Source: the human T2T-CHM13v2.0 reference genome, Homo sapiens. Taken from it: 64,000 nt of DNA. Below the pieces are notes generated by a model that saw nothing but the letters and a program-made list of their open reading frames with translations, did no database searches and was not told the DNA's origin. Location: assembly GCF_009914755.1 (NCBI RefSeq), contig NC_060933.1. One strand, given 5' to 3'. Shown piece after piece: positions 56,401 through 64,000 of the stretch (position 1 is the first letter of the stretch; each line of letters opens with the position of its first letter). Position numbers and translations under genes: made by a program.

Positions 56401-56631
56401 ATAGCCATTTAAAATATTTACCTAACGATTCACTCATGGATGATACCTGACTCAGAAGTATGAGCATTTTACTAATAAGCACTTGGAAGACAAATTCCCC
56501 GTACCACCAAGATCTGGTTAGTGGTGAAGAAGTCAGTCTCAAGTCTAATTACTGATGGCTTCCTTTAAAGGGTCTGTTCTGTGTAGGAGGGAGAGTCTTG
56601 AAGGCATTATTAATTATTGAATATATATGTA

Positions 56632-56918
56632 TTTTTTTGAGCAGAGACTTACTCTGTCACCCAGGCTGGAGCGCAGTGGCCTGATCCTGACTCACTGCAA
56701 CCTCCACCTCCCTGGTCAAAGTGATTCTCGTGTCTCAGCTCCCGTATAGCTGTGATTACAGGCGTGTGCTACCTTGACCAGGTAATTTGTGTATTTTTAG
56801 TAGAGACGAGGTTTCGCCATGTTGGCCAGGCTAGTCTCGAACTCCTGGCTTCAAGTGATCTGCCCTCCTCGGCCTCCCAAAGTGCTGGGATTACAAACAT
56901 GAGCCACTGTGCCTGGCC
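56632..56918 (-). mobile_element. AluS/J
   Basis: TSD-like taattattgaatat. Confidence 0.85.
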
Positions 56919-57642
56919 TAATTATTGAATATTTAATGAATCTCCTAACAGCTGTGGGGAGCATCTAAATGACACCATTCTCAAGGGCCTGATTTATAGT
57001 AAGCCACTTTTCCTTAGAGGCTAAGCATTGTAATTTCTTTCTCTGACTAGGAGTAACATTTTCCTTGAATCTTGGCATACACGTATGGTCTCATAACTCT
57101 GAAGAAATTTCTGTAGAGAGAAGCTAGCAAGCCACAGAGGTGAGTCAGAGCCAGAAGAAGGAAGCCTTCCCTGTGGCTGGCTTTCTCCTACCTCAGCAGC
57201 ATGAGGGTCATCAGAGGGGTGTTAGGACAGTTCAGTGCTATGGTCTGTCTTTGAAAAGAAGCCAGTTTTGTCTTGTTAGATACTGGGGTTGTGATCCTGG
57301 ATGACAGGGATTCTGCGTCAGTTCTGGGCCAGGGGAATGAAGGTTTGACAGGCTGGTCATAGTACAGGGTTATTATGCAAAGGGGAATTGCTTTCTGAGG
57401 GCCCAAGATGGTGCGATGAACAGGGTAGCCTGGTGTCTTGGTCCAGCTGACGCTTGTGAATGAACTCTGTAGTGCTTGGGTAGAAGAGAAAGACTGAATA
57501 TGATGGACTCTCCACCAGTTTCTCAAATTGTTCAAATCATGGTGTGATGCCTCCCTTCATAGGCTCCCAAAGGAGGAATCCTTTCTATCTACCAGAGGTT
57601 GCCAGGACTAATTCTTTTGATGCCTGCTAAACTCACTGGGCC

Positions 57643-57927
57643 TTTTTTTTTTTTTTTTTTTTGAGATGGAGTCTCACTCTGTTGCCTAGGCTAGAGTGCA
57701 GTGGTGCAGTCTCACTGCAACCTTTCCCTCCTGGGTTCATGTGATTCTCCTGCCTCAGCCTCCTGAGTAGCTGAGATTACAGGTGACTGCCACCACACCT
57801 GGCTAATTTTTTTATTTTTAGTAGTGATGGGGTTTTACCATGTTAGCCTGGCTGGTCTCGAACTTCTGACCTCAGATGATCTGCCCACCTCTGCCTCCCA
57901 AAGTTCTGGGATTACAGGCGTGAGCCT
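57643..57927 (-). mobile_element. AluS
   Basis: Antisense Alu. Confidence 0.86.
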
Positions 57928-58261
57928 CACTGGACCTTATATGGCTATCTCCATCTAAAATGTAAATACATCACTTAGCCTTACTCTCCTTTTTTAACTT
58001 TCATCTGTAAATTGCTCCAGGCTGCTTCTCCTCTGACTCAGCCTCTAACTTCTGTACCCCTCCCAAAACTTAATACTGGATTCTTAAGCCCCATTGTGTG
58101 GCTAACACCTCCTCCCACATCCTCAATCTCTTCTCTGAACTCTTCATCTACTTCCTGCCTCCTTAGGTCACTTAGACGTCCTCTGAAGTCTTCAAAATAG
58201 AGAAGGCTTTTCCTCCATCACCTTTTACAAACCAGGCTCTGCTCCTTTGAGGCTCCTGTCA

Positions 58262-58830
58262 TTCTTTTTGTTCATTTGATACATATTTGAGGGCCTACTA
58301 TGAGCCAGGCACTGTTCTAGGAACTTGAATAAATTAGCTGAAAACCCTGCCCTCACTGGATACATTTCAGCAAGTTTGTACTGTATTACACCATAAATGC
58401 CATGGAAGGAGGAAAAAGGAGAACTGGCCGCGAGGAAGAGGATTTGGCAGGCCTTGTTGAGTACTTGATATTTGAGCAGACTGGAAGGAGGTGAGGGAGT
58501 TAGTGGGTGAGTATCTGAAGAAGACTGTCCGGGGAGGGACTGCCTGAAGCAGAGGCCGGAAGGCACAGGGCTGGTGTGTCGGGGAGCAGCCTAGAGGCCA
58601 GTGTGGCCAGGTAGAGTGAGCATTGGAGAGTTAAAGGCTGGGGGCAGAGAAGGGAGGGGTCAGATTATATTGAATGTGGCCGGTCACCCTGAGGACTTTG
58701 GCCTTTATTGCTAGGGCCATGGGGTGGGAAGTTAACATGGGCAGGGGACATTTCAGGGTCTTGAGCAGGAGGGGGGCATAGTTTGATTATATATTGAAAA
58801 GGATCACATAGGCTGTTCAATTGAGACTAC
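58262..58830 (-). mobile_element. L2 3' region
   Basis: TTCATTTGATACATATTTGAGGGCCTACTATGAGCCAGGCACTGTTCTAGG..GAGGACTTTGGCCTTTATT..AAAAGGATCAC. Confidence 0.75.
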
Positions 58831-59664
58831 CTTGAGCATTCCCCTGAATTAGTTAGGATTCTTTATTAGTTAAAAAGACATGAGCTGAATGCAAACTAGA
58901 TAGAGGAAAATAAAAATCTACTGGCTCACGTTGCTGAAAAGGCCCAGGTATTTTGGCTTCAGGGATGGCTGGAGCAAGGTATTCCAGTGATGTCGGGGAT
59001 CTGTCACTTTCCATCTCTTGGCTCTGCTTTCTTCTGTGTCAGCCTTGTTCTCATGCCAGTGAAGGGATATGTTCTATAAACAAGCTTCCCAGCTCCAGCA
59101 GAAGGAGAGCACTCCTTTCCTGATAGTTCTGGCCAAAGCTCTGGGCTGGTGTCTCATTGGTCTAAATTGGGTCAGGCGCCTAAACCAGTCTCTGATTCTG
59201 ATTGCGCAGACTTGAATCAGGTACTTATCTTTGGAATGAGGAAAGGAATTTTTTTAAAATTGGGGAATATATACATGAAGTTTATAACAATGTGTGTATA
59301 TAAAGAGTAAAAGTTATCTGTACAGTTTAAAGACTAATAAAATGTTCCTACCCCCAGATTAAGATACAGAATATTACAAATATTTTGGAAGCCCCCTCTG
59401 TGCCTGGGAAGGGAGGAGGTGGTTGCCAGAGCAAAATCAAGAAATGTTAGACAAGCAGAAACAAATATCCACTACAGACCTTCCAATACTGTTTTCTTTG
59501 TCATTTTCCAACTTCACACCTTCTCACTCTCATTCATTAAATCTTTAGACCCCAACTTACTGTCTTCTGAAATCATGTCCTCACCACGGGGCTTTAATCA
59601 TTCACATGGCTGATCTGTCCAACTCTCCAAAATTACCAGTTTCTTGACCTCCTTATCTGTAATC

Positions 59665-60054
<390 letters not shown>

Positions 60055-60098
60055 TAGAAGCATTCCAGCTCTGAAATAGTGCCACTGGATATTATCAC

Positions 60099-60876
60099 AT
60101 TTTATTGTGTTTATTTAAGGTATACAACTTGATGTTATGGGATACACATAGATAGTAAAAGTTTACTATAGTGGAGCAAATGAACACAGTCATCATCTCA
60201 TAGTTAACTCATTTTGTTTTTGTGGCAAGAGCATCTAAATTGACTCATTTAGCATGATTGTCAAGTACAGTACAATTTTATTATTAATAACTCTAGTCCT
60301 CATGTTCTACATTAGATCTCCAGACTTGTACACTCCTCCATATCTGCTATTTTGTATCCGTTTACCTACATCTTCCCATTTCCTCTCCCACCTGCCCTTG
60401 GTAGCCACTATTTTGTGTTCTTTCTCTATATATTTGAATTTTTTTAAAGATTCCATATGTAAGTGAGATCACTCAGTGTTTTTCTTTCTGTGTCCGGCTT
60501 GTTGCACTTAGCATAATTTCCTTCAGGCTCATTCACGTTATGGCAAATGACAAGATGTCATTCTTTTCTGGGGCTGAATAATATTCAGTTTTGTGTGTAC
60601 ACACACAGTACAGTTTCTCTATCTGTTCGTCCATTGAGGCCTGCTTAGGTTGTTTCTATATCTTGGCTATTGTGAATAATGCTGCAGTGAATGTGGGAGT
60701 GCAGATATCTTTATGAGGTGTTGATTTCAGTTCCTTTGGGTATGTGCCCAGAAGAGGGATTGCTGGGTCATATGGTGGTTCTATTTTTAATGTCTTTAGA
60801 AACCTCCATACTGTTTTCCATAATGGCTGTACCAATCTACATTCCTAACAGCGTTGCACAAAAGTTCCCTTTTCCC
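60099..60876 (-). mobile_element. L1MA (L1MA8/9-like) 3' end
   Basis: TTTATTTAAGGTATACAAC..TTAGATCTCCAGACTT..GATTCCATATGTAAGTGAGATCA..GGATTGCTGGGTCATATGG..CTCCATACTGTTTTCCATAATGGCTGTACCAAT. Confidence 0.85.
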
Positions 60877-61490
60877 CGCGTATATCATTTTGTCTTGCTT
60901 TCCCGTCCTGGCTTTCCAGGTCTCTGAGTCATTAACAACTGACTATACCTGTTCTGTTCTGTGACCTCTTGGATTCCCCTACCTCCTTTAGATTCTGTGG
61001 CCCATCTCCGTGGTTGCTCCTGCCTCTATATTCAGTTCCCTTGCTCTCTTCTTTTTATACCCAGCTTGGATCATTCCATTTGTTCATGTCTTTCATCTAC
61101 AACCAGGGTTCTCAGGAAGCTCAAGGGTTGCTGCCAATGTAAGTTCACAGGTTTCAGCCACAGCTGGGGCTTCAGTGGTCCTGGACACTCCTTCTTTTCC
61201 ACAGACCCTCCGTCTGCACAGTGGCTTATCTGAAACTTTTCTCTGCTCCTCATACCCTCTACCCTTCTACTCCACCCTTCCTTCTGCTGATTGCCTCACC
61301 TTCCACCTTAGAGAAGATGGAAGCCACCAGAAAGGAACTTCCCTTCTTCAAATTTCAGAATGATCTGACTCCATAGCCATGTTTTCTTTCTGGCCCTTGT
61401 TCCAAGGAGAGAGTCTAAGGCTGACTGAGGGTGTAGACCCACCTGCCACCCCCCATCCTCTTGGAGACCCTGCTCTGTTTGGCCTCCTGA

Positions 61491-62397
<907 letters not shown>

Positions 62398-62680
62398 CTT
62401 GTGCCCTATTTTGTGACTCCTCTTTACAATACACTTTTCTGAAGAGAAGGTTTGCGGCCCTTGCTTCCACTTCCTGACCTCTGACATACTCCTCAGCCTC
62501 CTGCTGCCTAGTTTCTGACTCTGTTCTTCAGGGTCCTCAGTGATCTCATTATTGCTAAATCCAGTAGATGCTTTATAGTCCTTATTTTGCCTGACCCCTT
62601 GGTAGGTAACACTTGATCCTGTTGTTAACCTCCTGCTTGAAATGCTTCCCCTCCACTTCCTGTTTTAAGGTGTGCACACG

Positions 62681-63190
<510 letters not shown>

Positions 63191-64000
63191 GTGGTGGTGG
63201 TTGTTATTCCTTGATATTGTACTCTCCACATTTCTTTCTACATTTTGGCCTATGCTTTGTCGATTTCTATATTAGTTGAGGTCTGATCAGGGAATAAAAG
63301 CCAGTGAAGTTATTTCAAACAGAGAGACTATAATACAAGGAGTTAGTTGCATAGGTGATGGGTGGTAAATTGACCCAGAGAGTAGCAGTAGCAGGAAGTT
63401 GCTGTTACCCTCAGGACTGGAGGGTTAGGGGAAGAGGCGAAGTTAAGTAGAACCCAGGAGCTTCTGTGAGAACTAGACCTGTGGCAGGGTCATTGAGCAG
63501 GAGCTGGGACCTTAGAGGAAGGGGGCCCTGGAGGGGAGGCAGCCGCTGCCAGTGGCACGATCTGAGGCAGAGAGCAGGTTGGGACAGAAATACCCTGGCT
63601 TGTCTCCTCATCCTTCCCATTCTGGTCTAACATCAATATCTTTTATTAGCCAAAATAGCATCCCTGGTGGATGTGTGACCCTAACAGAGCCAGGCAGTCT
63701 TTCCTGAGATTTATGAGATGGATGATGGGGGAAAGAATGTCTTGCCTTTCTACTAGATTGTGAATGGTCATGTCCTTCAATGCAGAGAGTGCTTGGCTTA
63801 AGAATGAAGCCAGAGGGAAGTAGAGCTAGGAGAGGAAGAGGGGCAAGATCATTTGAGTTCAGGATCCGACTGTGCCAGCTGTGCCTGAAGTTAGAACGGG
63901 TTCCTGGTTATAGGGGGTCATAAATTCCCTTTTGTTAATACTGTTTTCAATTTGGTTTGCCACTTGAAACTTAAATTACCAATACCGTGACCTTAAAATA

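Overview
This is primate (almost certainly human, chr9q32) genomic DNA. It is very Alu-rich, with roughly 65-70 Alu/FLAM copies by my manual count (about 30% of the window). Two genes diverge head-to-head about 33 kb apart. On the minus strand is the 5' end of INIP (SOSS-C/C9orf80): a CpG-island promoter at ~21.0-21.75 kb, non-coding exon 1 ending at 21209, and exon 2 at 19683-19763 carrying the start codon (MAANSSGQ-G). Positions 1-19682 are intron 2. On the plus strand is the first exon of SNX30 (CpG island ~53.6-54.95 kb, CDS 54238-54393, MAGGPPKALP...RSFGDK), followed by intron 1. The rest is transposon-derived or unique non-coding DNA: MER21, MER44A, MER119, Tigger3b, MER2, hAT-Tip100 elements, L1M, L2, MIR, MLT1/MST LTRs and one complete two-LTR MST provirus with a perfect 5-bp TSD. 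Nearly all ORFs in the supplied track are Alu or CpG-island artefacts. I found no support for a new gene system. The most interesting signals are small records of DNA repair and retroposition: an 80-bp inverted, locally templated insertion in an Alu; a U6 5'-fragment retrocopy with a TSD; a polyadenylated LTR-like tail retroposed into Tigger3b; a ~92-bp direct repeat bracketing the INIP promoter; a 55-bp duplication around tandem Alus; a perfect 44-bp AT palindrome; and inverted Alus tightly flanking the INIP start-codon exon. Repeat family names come from recalled consensus sequences, and repeat boundaries are approximate unless a TSD is cited.
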